Below, one piece after another: positions 1-12,165 of a DNA stretch of 64,000 bases. The DNA lies in NCBI GenBank assembly GCA_003693705.1, contig RBZT01000419.1:62001-126000 (forward strand), given 5' to 3'. A model generated the notes under the pieces. The model was not told the origin of the DNA and did not search any database. It was given only the letters and a program-made list of their open reading frames with translations. The DNA comes from Polymyxa betae A26-41 (taxonomy: Eukaryota; Protista; Endomyxa: Phytomyxea). A program made the position numbers and the translations under genes. Each line of letters starts with the position of its first letter. The stretch's first letter is position 1.

Positions 1-1016
1 AGCTGGCACGACGTCTGGCTGCCAGATATCCAGATGTGTTTGGGCAGCCGCATCGAGCAGATCTGGCACGGTTGCGATCGACGAAGAAAAGCCGGGCACA
101 GAACAGCGCCAGAGCGTTCGCCATTGGACTTTGGCATAAGACAGGGAATATCACTCAGCAGGGCTTTGAACTAGCGTCGTTTATATACACGACTGGACCT
201 TTGAATAACGATCCGATCTTACGCCCATTCGATATGTGCCCGCGATACAATTACAGCCTACAAGATCCTCAGACACGGATTCACTACCGACAGTATATGA
301 CAAGAACATCACCACGAATCGCGGCTCATATTCAGGCCAGAATGGGTATTGAACTCGACCCGAGACTAGTGAAGTCGTTATGGAAAATGTGTAAAGCGGA
401 GGTGTCGGCACTTGGATCGTCGAGCTTATGCGCCCTGTTCGATGCTGATGATGTTCTGGCTCTGGAACTGGGTGATGATATCGGGACGTATTGGAAGAAA
501 GGTCCAGGACGACCGATCAACTCGCAGATGATATGTCCATTATTGCAGGATATTCAGACATCGATAACGGCAGCGTCACAAGACGTTAACTCTGGAAGGC
601 TCGATCTTAGATTCGCTCATGCTGAGACCATCATTCCTTTAGTCACCAGCTTGGTAACAAAACATTTCGAAATCATTTCTGCAGCTTTTGTTAAATATTT
701 TAAACTTTTATACTTGATGCTGACCGTGTAAATGTAGGGTTTATTCCAGGATAATCACAATATGACGTCCGATTCCGATGTGTCTCAGCTCAGATCAAGA
801 TCATGGCGAATGAGTCGAGTCTCGCCATACGCAGCCAATGTTGCATTCCACCTGTTCCGGTGTCCAGGACAGATTCTAATCGAAGTCTTACACAACGAAC
901 AACCGTTGCCAATGCCGTTCTGCTCGGGGCAATATTTCTGCCCGATGAAGACGTTCCAGGACCATTTAATGCAGTTCACGTCATGCTGCAATCTTACAAA
1001 GATCTGTTCGCTGTAG
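1..1016 (+). CDS. Multiple inositol polyphosphate phosphatase (MINPP)/phytase-like histidine acid phosphatase, copy A (5' end outside window)
   Basis: LRST...RAQNSARAF, LRPFDMCPRY, LRFAHAET (HAE motif) and SPYAANVAFHL motifs. GT-AG intron 654..737 joins ...VTSL|GLFQDN. Collinear with copy B. Confidence 0.85.
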
Positions 1017-1393
1017 TCAACTGTATGGCGGGTGGCTGCGCCACCTAAAAGTGCGAGACTGCGCATTACCTACTGAATACGTAAAGAACATCGAATTATA
1101 TCCCATATACAGAGTCAGTTTAATCTTCAAAATCAGAGATCTAACCGAACAGCCAGTAATAATAACCAACTCTAAATTCATTGCAGATCGGGGTACTACA
1201 AAAGCCATTAGATCATCATTCCGTTTTTGGAATCCTCGACAGCCTCCGTTCTCGTACAGTACTTATGAATGTCAGTGCGCGCGACGCCCTGCGGGCACCT
1301 CCACAACGTACAGTAACATAGAATGCAGCTCCGACCGTACTGGCTCACGAGACAGCTTCGGGCCGTCCACGTCACTCGTAGCGCTCACGCCCA

Positions 1394-2961
1394 ATGGTCG
1401 CCGTCCACGAGGCGTTGCCCGTGACCATCTTCCTGACCGTGTTCGTCGTGGTTGTTGCTGAGTTCGACCCGCTCCGCCATCTGGGCACGACGACGCCGTA
1501 CCGGCCCACGATAGCGGGCTCCAGGCCGACCCTCCCCCATACATGCCGCCTGCATCAGGTCAATATGGTACTCCGACACGGGACCAGATACCCGACCCAG
1601 AACACAGTCCAGCTGGCCACTCAGCTCTACGACCGCCTCCAGGACGTACTGGACCGGCACCAAGGGATCGTCCCGGATTGGTTGGTCGGATGGCGACCGC
1701 GATTTGATGGCATCGTTGCGGGTGAACTGACCACAACTGGAATGTTGGAGCATTACGAGCTGGCTCAGCGTTTATCTGCTCGATATCCAGATGTGTTCGC
1801 ACAACCGTATCAAGCTGATCGTTGTCGGCTGCGATCGACACAGAAGAGCCGCGCTGGTCGAAGCGCCAGCGCATTCGCGATCGGGCTTTGGCATGGGACT
1901 GGTAATGTCACTGAACATCGGTTCGAGCCAACCTTTATATACACGACCGGACCTCTGATTGACGATCCGATCTTGCGCCCGTTCGATAAGTGTCCGAGAT
2001 ATGACAGAAGCTTACGAGAGCCAGAGACGATCATGCAATACAGTCGGTATTGGGACAGGATTTCGGCACAGATCGCGGCGAATATTGAGCGGCGTATCGG
2101 CTTGCGTTTAGAGCATGATTGGATTCAGTCGGTTTGGAAAGTCTGCAAGGCGGAACTGTCGGCTCTCGGCGCTTCCAACCTGACCAGGCTGTTCGACGAG
2201 GATGACATACTGGCTCTCGAGCTCGGCGACGATATCTCAGCGTATTGGAAGAAAGGCCCAGGACGAGAGATCAACTGGCAGATGACGTGCCCTCTTCTGC
2301 ATGATCTTCGCACGTCGATTTTCGAGGCCTCCACCGATCTTCGTTATGGGTATCATCGCCATCTCGATCTGCGATTTGCTCATGCTGAAACCATCATACC
2401 ATTAGTCGCCAGCCTGGTAATACTCTTACTTCATCCTATTTCATGGGAAATTTGTTCCTCATTTTACCTACATTTAAGAATCGAAAATAGTCGCTGAGTG
2501 ATTTAAGCTAATTCCAGATTTAGGGCTTGTTTCAAGACAATTTTACAATTACGTCGGATTCTGACCCGCAGCTGTTGAACTCGCGATCGTGGCGAATGAG
2601 TCGCATAACCCCTTATGCAGCCAATGTCGCATTTCACCTTTACCGATGTGGCCGGCAGTTTCTAGTTTCGATTTTGCACAATGAAATACCTGTCCCACTG
2701 CCATTCTGTTCGGGGCAGTATTATTGCCCTCTGAAGAATTTTGAGAACTATTTACTGCAATTCACCAGTTGCTGTAATTTAACCGAGATCTGCTCCTTAG
2801 GTGATGTGCCCAATGTCTGCATGGCACAGATCGATGACGACGCTTTCAGGAAATCGGTGGCCTTTATCGCCACGTTGATAGGCCTTTCACTTGGGACACT
2901 GACTGGTTTTTTCGTATATAAATGCAGCGTTCGAGGTCTCTACCAGAACAAAGAGGTCTAA
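1394..2961 (+). CDS. MINPP1: MINPP/phytase-like histidine acid phosphatase, copy B, with N-terminal signal/anchor and C-terminal TM helix
   Basis: Catalytic RHGTRYP and HAET motifs. Hydrophobic N-terminus. Intron 2417..2523. C-terminal VAFIATLIGLSLGTLTGFFVY helix. Confidence 0.88.
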
Positions 2962-5900
2962 GAAATGATGTTCCTTATCAAAGACTGGTTGATTGATAGA
3001 ACAAGGGCTGCTTGTTGCAGCTTCTTTGCTGTGTTAATCGTGATTATAATTGTATAAAAGATCGTGCATACATGACGACCCAAATTTTTGACCATCAATT
3101 GAACGTAGCTGATCGGTGTAGAAAGCAGGCTTGTTGGAATTTCCTTGTATTTCCTATCCCACATCTGCATTAAGTAGAACATATAGTTGTTGAGCGGTTG
3201 ACAGAAAAATTCCAGAAATTGTGAAAGAGCACATCTCAAATTATTTGTAAACCATGTAAAGTAAATAAACAGCCAGCATCCGCTCAAAGATCAGCTCATC
3301 TTTGTTTAGTGTAAGACAGTTCAGATGAAATGGACAGCAGTCCATCAAAATAAATACGTTGCTCTATAATTCTTTCTAAAACTTTACTCTGAAGATCGGG
3401 CCGAAGAGGCATACTTAGTAACTTGTCCGTTGCTGATTCAAAATTCTCGTATAACACTTGCCAGGCATTATAAGCCTCTTGCTCCCTGCACATTTTCTAA
3501 ATCCATAATAGTTGTCAAACACCGCATGCGACATACGAATTAGCCGATTGTGACATCAGCTCGTTGTTGTTGCCGGATAAGCTGGAGGCTAAAATAGCTT
3601 CTCGAAGCTTGGAAGAACAGATAATGCTTTCAGGAATAGAATAGGGTGTAATTCCAAATGCTTGATCAAGGAATTTGCATGTGTAGACCTTTAATGTTTG
3701 GCAAGACTGCAACATGGCGCTCAGTCCGGACTCATATTCCTTAAGCAACAAGGCTTCAACGGGAAATGCCTCGTTTGCGACAATCGAGCGAAGCAAAATC
3801 AGAGCGAATCGCTGCAATTGCTGTTGGAAGCTGTTATTGTTATTTGCAGCAAGATTCACACTCAAATCTTTCGAAGTCAAAATGCTATGAAGCAAATCCA
3901 TGCAAATCTAGACACGCGTTTGAGACATCCAAAACGAGAGCGCACCTAGTGTACCCACAGCATGAAAATAGCGAACGTTGTAATCAACTGGAACGTTTTG
4001 ACATATTGCTGCACAAGTAGCTCGAGCCAAGTATATAAAGGCAAGAACGTTACGATGACAGACTCGCTTCTCATTTCTAAATATTGGCTCCAAGAATTTG
4101 TTAGAAAGAAGAACGAATCGTTGTTCCACCTGTCAGAATAAATACATTTCCAAAAACGTTACGTTAATTGCAGACTCGATGTTGATGACAGGCAGAGGAT
4201 AGAGCCATGGTAAACTTCGGCCATTCTTCGCACAAGCGTACATCTATCGTTCTGCTTTGCTGACCTTCCGTAAACGCTGCTAAATAGCGCTCACACAATC
4301 GACCTGCGAAAAAAATCAACAGACAGCAAAAGAATGCCATAGGAAGAACCTGCTGGCGACTCAATCACTGGAGTATGATCTTCCCCAAGCCATATCGATG
4401 GCGGAATAACCGCAAATATGCACTCAATATATTGAAAGCGGATCGGACAATGACCTAAACGAATAAATTCAGCGAATTCAGAGAAACTTGACAGCGATAC
4501 CGGTATATACCTGAATCCGAATCACATACTATCAAATCTGTTACCACCTTTCGTACTACTTCCTTGTCTAAATGAGACAGATTGCTCAAGAAGAAACGCC
4601 ACGAGTTCTTTATAGCACCCTACGGAAGTTGAGTAAGAATACGGACAGCCTCATTGCAGCCTACAAATTCAAACTCGGTTATATCGGACAGAAGTGGGCG
4701 AGGGTTCAGAAGCGCTTTAAATACAGGAATAAAATGTGGGAAAACTTCGTTGAAATATTGAATTCGGTCGCTTTCAGACGTAAGACCATTATGTAGTTGA
4801 GAGCCAATTATTGAGAAGGAAGGTTGAGAACTCAACGCAAAAGAATCCCTTCCAGTACTGAAAAATGACCCTAAAATCCTTTCAGAATGTCACTGATGAT
4901 CATGCATAATATCCAAACCCAGTAAATTGCAGGCAGCAATCAGAATAGCACTTTCTCCGGAAAGCAGCATTTTCAAAATGACAGGACAGACGACTTCTTG
5001 AAAAATCTCGCCAGTGATCCGGTAACACTAAGAAGATAAACTTTTCAAACAGATCCCTGAGAGCACCAATGACCAACTTTTATAACATTGAGGAACTTGG
5101 ACCATATATCGATAGCTTTCATACGAACCGAAACTTGAATGTATTCAGATTTCTTTGGGTTGGTATCAAACATGAATCTGTTTGCGTTTGATTCAGATAA
5201 AATCTCAATAAACTTCCATATACGTACATAAAGGGTCTTGTGATAAGCTTCATTAGCCGCAAATCCTGTAATTTGACATGGTGAGTTGTCGACGCCTCAA
5301 TAACGATGGACCAAGATCCGAGACATGCGATGGCAATATCAGGCTTTCCATGGGAGAAACATGTCGTCCAGATGGAAGCTAGCTAACACACCACAGATTA
5401 AACTTTGAAGAAAAACGAACACCAAAAGTCTGACCTTATTCCAGAGTCTTAAATTTGCGAAAACATACATTCCTAAGCACCGCATGCAACCTGCCCAGAT
5501 TGCAGGGGTAAAAGGGAATTTTTCTACGTCAGAGGCCATGCGAAGCATCTTGCTTAATTCCATTTCATCCAGTTCTTCAACAGCTCGCTAAAAGAGTTAT
5601 TGCGGTGCTTTACGATTAGTTGATTGGTACTAAACCTGATAAAGCACTTTTCCAACGGTGCAGAAAGACGGACGTACAACTTCCAGGCAGGAAATGGCCT
5701 GCACCTGAACTTCGCTATCCGAGAAACGAAGAGCTATTGGTAAGACACCTGTACACAGCATAAACAGTAATGACACAGCGATTCAAAAACTGATAATACA
5801 ATGAGCCCAAGAGCATCGTAAGGCATGCATGGTATCAGGAACCACTTTACATAGCCGAGATAAAGCTAGAATTACTTCTTTTACAACAAGAGTGACACCA

Positions 5901-6491
5901 GGAAACCTGACCGATATGCATTCGGCTAATGATGGCACTAGGGACAAAGAAGCGCGCTTGACTAAATTATGCCGCTTGCTTGATACAATCTGAAAGACAA
6001 AAGAAATTAAAAAGAGATCAGCAGCACTTTAGAAAATGTTCAAAAGATCTGAGCAGATATAGACAAAAATTCCTCCAGAAACCTCGAGTGAGACAAGGAC
6101 GGCTGCAAGGGCACACGATCTCCCTTCAGCTTTTCCGAAGACGTATACCAGGTCCTTAAACACTGAGATAACCTAAGCTGGTTAAAAGTTTGCCGATTTC
6201 CATTGCTAGACGAACCATTTGATCGGCGACATGACAGATTAGGTCCTCGGTGGAAAATATAAACGACAGAAATCGTAAAGCCAAATCACGTAAATCCTGC
6301 TGCAGCACCGAATCGAACAGTTTTAAGTCTTTCCTTGCTAGACGAATGGCATCATTGATTTCATCGGCGCGGTACCGTCGCTGATCATGCTCAAGTTCGC
6401 CCAGGCAAGCATTGTAGGCATCGACGCGGCTGTCCGAATCAAATGTTTGCCCAAGCAGGGAGAGCGATGACGGCGACATGATCCTACGCAA
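2958..6491 (-). CDS. RIF1-like N-terminal HEAT-repeat protein (multi-exon; 3' end approximate)
   Basis: Chain of minus-strand exons: DSRVDAY..., DLALRFLSFIFS, PAIWAGCMRCLG, WTTCFSHGKPDIAIACLGSWSIVIE. These resemble conserved Rif1_N blocks (DAY..L; AL..LGF; CF...D.....AF.AW..LI). Recognised from memory, not by search. Confidence 0.5.
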
Positions 6492-7595
6492 TAAGAGCCA
6501 TGACGATTAGAGAAGTGAAAAGCGAATCCCTGCTCATGACAGGGTATATTGTTACATGATTGAGCTATGATCTTTTGGGCTACCTGATGGGCTGTAATCA
6601 GGCCCCCCAAGACCCCAGCGCTACTAAGTTAATTGCTAGAAATATATCACTTTTACGCTGAAAAGTTTTTGTTACATGTGCAAGCAATACTGATTGGACG
6701 ATTAGATCACGGGAAGAAAGTTCATAGAATTGACAAATTGTTATTAGTTCAACATGCTTAAATCGTTCAAGAGCAATCGGAACCTGGCGGTTCTGACCAA
6801 TGTTTTTGCATTCGTAGGCCTGATTTTATTGATTCTGAAATTGAAAAAGGTAGAGCTGAGACTAACAGATGTGGGCTAAGATTCTCAGATGGCACCTTTC
6901 AGGACGACGACATGCGATTTAAACTTTGTGCCCAGGTCCAGTCCCTTTCCGATCAAATGGAAAAATCCAACAACGAAATGAATTTGATGCGACAAGAATT
7001 AGGGTTGATGAGTAAGCTTCTACGTAAATAAAAAAAATGGAGATTTGCTTACTGAACCCTTTCGCAATGGCAAAATGGCATGTCAGTATCTAATACTGCA
7101 AACCAAACTGACCGGCGAACAGCTGATCTGCGTATTTCGTATTCAGATGCTGCAAGTCGGTTAAAATCCTCCTACAGTATTGTGAATGCAGTCAAGGATC
7201 AGCCTTGGATGCGACTGAATTGTAATGAGACTCTTTCCGGTGCTTGATTTTTCTCGCTGAGCTTTTCGCTCTTTGAGGTCATTGTGCTACCCGATTCTTT
7301 AAAGTCCATCTAGTCTTATTCTGCTAAGTCGCCACTTTAACTTAAGTCAAAGCTTTAAGTGTTGTAAATAAAACTAGGATTGTAATCCAACCTGATTTCT
7401 TTCGCGAATGATAAATAAAAAAACTGCAGATATCGCTAATATTTAGAATCACTGACACGATGCTTGACGTCATGATTAAGGCAACATTCCATATAGAGAG
7501 TTCTGGTGAACGGAGTTTGGAAAGTCCGTGACGGTGACAAACACAGCTCGATCGTCGTCTTTCACTGTTGATCTCGGTTACTTGTTTCTGTCGCG

Positions 7596-8028
7596 ATGGC
7601 CGTTGAAAAATCCAAGGTAAAGCGTTAACAACGCAGCATGTCTCAGAGGCGCTGAGTGATGTCATTGCGTTTAGAAGAATGACAAAGCCCCGGTTGGCAA
7701 GCGTGTTACCCTGAAGTACACCATTAAGTGCGACGCCCCCGTCACTGATGGTATCTTCGACATCGCCGCTTTTGAAAAGTACCTGCAGGATCGCATCAAG
7801 ATCAACGGAAAGACCGGTGTCCTTGGAGACCAAGTCACTCTTGACCGTGAGCCTAAGGTCCTGAATGTTCAAGCTGTTGCTCCTTTCAGCAAGCGATACC
7901 TGAAGTACTTGACGCAGAAGTTCCTCAAGAAGCACCAGCTCCGGGACTACGTCCGTGTTATCGCCGACACCAAGACTTCCTACCAGCTGAAGTACTTCAG
8001 CATTGAGAACAAGGAGGAATCCAAGTAA
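7596..8028 (+). CDS. RPL22: 60S ribosomal protein L22 (eL22)
   Basis: Missed by the ORF track. MAVEKSK|intron 7617..7674|KNDKAPVGKRVTLKYTIKCDAPVTDGIFDIAAFEKYLQDRIKINGKTG...FSKRYLKYLTQKFLKKHQLRDYVRV...YQLKYF; stop 8026-8028. Confidence 0.96.
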
Positions 8029-8123
8029 ACTCGAAATTTACGAATCTCTAAACTTCTTTATATCTAATCGAGACCAAAGTATTTAATGATATATACATCA
8101 TAGAGTTGGAAATTATAGCTGCG

Positions 8124-9615
8124 TTATATCGTGTAGTATTTACCACGACGGTCAAGGTAGATTGCAACTCCAATCCAAAACCCAATCTTAACCAAAGCAA
8201 ATATAATCAGACCTAGATCTGGACCAAAGATCCTCGCGCTTGTGACAAGCCCAACTGTGATGATATTCTCCACCGGTCGCCGCCAATACACCCATTTTAG
8301 GATGGCATCGACAATGCCACTGGCGCCTAGAGCAAATACTAGAATAGCATTTCGTCCAATGGCAACCATTGGATGCAGCAGGCACATTCGCCCCTTTTTT
8401 TCGAACACGATGTATATTAAGGCAAGAGTCGTGATATTCAGAAAGTTAGTCAGAAACATGTATGATAGCGAGTACAAATTCTGTAACCCGTTAATTAACA
8501 GCAGTCGCTTTCAAAATCTAGTACCTTATTCAATGGAATTCCAATCATAAAGGCGATAAATGCAAAGATAATATTTTTCATGGCGTCCTGAAACCATTGT
8601 TTCTTGTTTGATACAGATCCCGACCTTGTCAGTCCATCCAAATAGACTTGAGCAAATTGCAGTCCTACGAAACCACTGGTTATGCTCACTAAGCTGGAGG
8701 CGAACCCCTCCGGATCGAATGGTTCTAGGCACCAGTCTGGAGCAGTCAGACGAGGACAGAGCCCAGGACTACAAGACGAGCATTCCTCAATTCTCAAATA
8801 CTCTGGGCTGTTATACTAAGCAGATAGCGATTAAATGTTCTTATGCGTCAAAATCAGACACAGTTCTTACGAGATGGTTTTCGCCAAATATGAGTTTATC
8901 CCAGAAGTACTGAGCATTGCAGTCAGGAGTGGGTGCAATAGGAGAAGGTCGGCATTCCATCTTGAAGTACGCAATCATGAGAAGCGACACGTATAATGTG
9001 AGTATGCCAGCCATGGCGACATATTGATTTCTATAGCGCCTCCAGTGACTTTGAGCTGTATTGTTTGCCGAAGCAAACAAACACAGCGCCACAACGGCAA
9101 CGTAGACGAAAGCAATGCGTTGCAGGATTCCTGGAATTCGTAGCTGAACGAGGCCGTATTGATCTGGAAATCGTCCCCCCTGAAGAAATATTCCTAAACC
9201 AAAGAGACGAAGTCCACGCAAACTGGCAGCTTTCATGATCATCGATTTTGTCTTTCCAGATGCTAATTGCGATTGCACAGCGAGAGCAGCAGCACTTCCT
9301 ACAGTAAACAAAAATGCAGGCATGACCACATCAGCCAATCGAAGGCCGTTCCACTATCAGCCAGGTTACAGCGAGTCGTTACAAAATGGTTTAGCTTACG
9401 GGAGAATGGTTAAATCTGTCTTGATAAGCCTGCCCGGAATCGTCTACTAAAATCATTAGGCAAACAACGATGCCACGAAAAGCATCCAAAGCATGAAAAC
9501 GCGATGACATTTTTGGAGCGGTGCTCAACCCAACGTCAGCCGTGCGCTCATACTGGGCGGCTGAGCTGTTGGTGACTTCAGCATCGACCAGCAGGCGCTG
9601 TTCATCAACAGCCAT
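8124..9615 (-). CDS. HGSNAT: Heparan-alpha-glucosaminide N-acetyltransferase (multi-exon membrane acetyltransferase)
   Basis: RFHALDAFRG..LMILVD, ADVVMPAFLF.VG, LRIPGILQRIA, PFDPEGF.SS, IPLNK, LYSLSY and GRNAILVF motifs. N-terminal DEQRLL dileucine sorting motif. Confidence 0.9.
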
Positions 9616-10270
9616 GGCGAAATCGGACTGCCAGGTATTTCGGTAGAGAGAAATATGAAAATTGAAATAACGAAGCAGCTTGTCACTGTAACGCTGAACC
9701 CGTCATGACTACTAGCCCACTGTCAAGTACAGTAGTACCAAACGTCCGACTTCATGCTCATATTGCCCTATCAGAACGCTAATTTGAATGAAAGAGAAAC
9801 AGATACATTATTTATTATAATTTGTTTACGGGGTAGATGGGAGATTCCAATGCAATGATTGCAATTCGATCTTACAGTACGTCCAATTCAGCAACGATAC
9901 TATAAGGAACGGGTTAATGCGACTATGGGAGCTTTGACCAAGATCAGGGCCCTGCTAATGGGCATGCTAATGATGGCGTCGATTTGGACAGCAAGCGGTG
10001 TCAGCGACCAAGACAAGTGCAGCAGCGATAACCTGTTCGACCTACCACAGATCCCGATAGACGACGGCCAATGATGACTCGAGAGCTAGACGTAAAGATG
10101 CAATGTAAAACCCCATCAACAAGGCTAAAGCGATACGTGTAGAGACCTATTCAATAAAGTGTGCAGGTCTTCTACATAATCCTGGTTTGTTTTGCATTGA
10201 TAGCTATAAAAACAAATCGTACCATCCAACGATCTGTAGCAAATATTGCAGATAGTGCTAATAATTCACC

Positions 10271-11181
10271 ATGGAGCCAAACGACAGTAAATCACTTAGC
10301 GTAGAGACGATTAAACAAGCAACAGGCAAATATGACGTTGAATCCGTGTTTATGCTTTCAATTGCAGATGCTGGTAAACGACACGATTCTCTGTAATCCC
10401 TGCACCTCTAATATCGAGGGCAATATAGGCGTCACAAACGTAGAAGCGGTCGCCCAATGCTGCAATCTGGTTGACCTTGACGTTCATAATAACAGCATTG
10501 TCGATATAAGACCACTCAGTTCATGCGTTAAACTGGAGCGTATCAACTTGAGCAATAACAGAATTAGCACCTTAGGTTTTGACTTGATCGCGATACAAAA
10601 CGAAAATTGTTGACAATGAGACAGAACCCCTTCAGGCCATACCGACGCTTTCATATCTTCACTTTCAGGGCAACAAAATTCGCAATCTCTGTGATCTAAA
10701 CTGTTTAAAACAATTGCCTTCGCTGAAAGCTCTCTACTTGCAGAACATCGATGGATCCCGTCCTAATCCAGGTACTAAGATGGATTTTTTTGCCTTCAGG
10801 CTTGCATTGATGTCTGTACAACTTCCTAAGCATTTTTTAGTTTGCAATGCCGAGGGATACAAAGAATATGTCTTGGCCCTATGCCCAGCGCTTGACATAC
10901 TTGATGGTCAGCGATTGAAGCTATCAAACGACTTCTACAAGCTGACTGCACAGAAGAGCATCCCTACATCAGAATCCCCTGCTCTAACATCTATAAATCA
11001 ACCCATCCGGAAACTGAATCTATCACAAGTCAAAACTGATTTCTTAAATGATATGTGCCGGGATCTACAAAGTAAGCCGATTTCAATGCCACCTTCCCGA
11101 AACTGAGGTCTAGCAGACGAGTTAAAATCTTGCCGGGCGATGCTGGCCGAGGTTGACATGTTCCTTCGCAGGGCAGGCTGA
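10271..11181 (+). CDS. Leucine-rich repeat protein, LRRC61-like (multi-exon)
   Basis: IKQATGKYDVESVFML start; SDS22-type LRRs (LVDLDVHNNSI, LERINLSNNRI, YLHFQGNKI); LRRcap NP|VC...YKEYVLALCPALDILDG. Confidence 0.75.
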
Positions 11182-11389
11182 GAGTAATAAGAGAATAATG
11201 AAGCAGTTGTGAACTGTTTATATTTATGTGACCTCCCTAATCATCACACATGCTCGATCTCTCTCATTGCTCTTGTGTTGTGTGTTGAGTGTATGCGTGG
11301 TGGCTGGGAAATCTCCGTCGTTTACAAGTAATTTGATGGTTTTGATGGCTGCCTAATACTTCGAAGGTTACCTACCCTCCTCCTTTTCA

Positions 11390-11984
11390 ATGGCAGCCAT
11401 TCGTCAATTCATCTTTGCTCTCTTGGATGAAATCCGACGAAACCAAAATCAGAGTCAGTTTGAACTTGCCCTTCGGAGAGACCTGGAATAAGAGGCGGAT
11501 TTACAGTATCTGATCGCGAGCTCGAGCTGCTTCGCATTATAGTGCCAGGATCGCTGCTGCCACGAGCTTTAGAGATTGTCGATGCGAAGGGTGTCGAACG
11601 TGTGCAGTCATCGCGTGCATTCGCATATCGTGTCTATGGTTCGCGTCCTTTCCCATACAGATGCTCTCAATGGTACTGTTCTTGCCCTGCGTTCGCTCAA
11701 ACTGTTGTCCTGAACGAAGCTGCAGAATTTGTAAGCCTTCAGTTTTAAAGCATTGAGGAAATCTTAAATGGTTGCAGTGTAAACATCAACTTGCTGCTTT
11801 AATTGCTGATGCGGCTGGAAAGATTACAAGCGTTATTGAGGTGGACGATATTGTCAGTTTTGTTTTTTTTTGGAATGGCAAGACATGCACTTACATCTAA
11901 CAGACGTTTTCGCAGTATGCTGTGAACGACATAATGCCTTTAGCATTATTTGGTCCAAAAGCGTTAATGAATCCATGCCCTTAA
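11390..11984 (+). CDS. ZSWIM7: SWIM-type zinc finger protein (Sws1/ZSWIM7, Shu complex)
   Basis: LLPRALEIVD, YRVYGS, YCSCPAF...|CKHQLAALIA (CxC...CxH SWIM motif split by an intron). End approximate. Confidence 0.8.
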
Positions 11985-12165
11985 TTACTGCTTACTAGTA
12001 AGAAATTTGCATTCTGTGTTTGAATTATAAATTGTCATCGCCACGCACCAGCATAAACCCATAAGTAAGCATGTCTTTGATATCTCTAAACACTATATGA
12101 TTTATTTAGCTGATGAATACATGCAGATAGAGCTGCTAGATCCATAAACACTCAGGGTGTCACTT

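Noticed and set aside
7342-7935. 197-aa minus-strand ORF
   Set aside because: Antisense shadow of the codon-biased RPL22 gene on the plus strand.
8124-9615. HGSNAT as part of the chitin module
   Set aside because: Separated from it by four unrelated genes, and it carries a lysosomal/vacuolar sorting motif; the link is only thematic.
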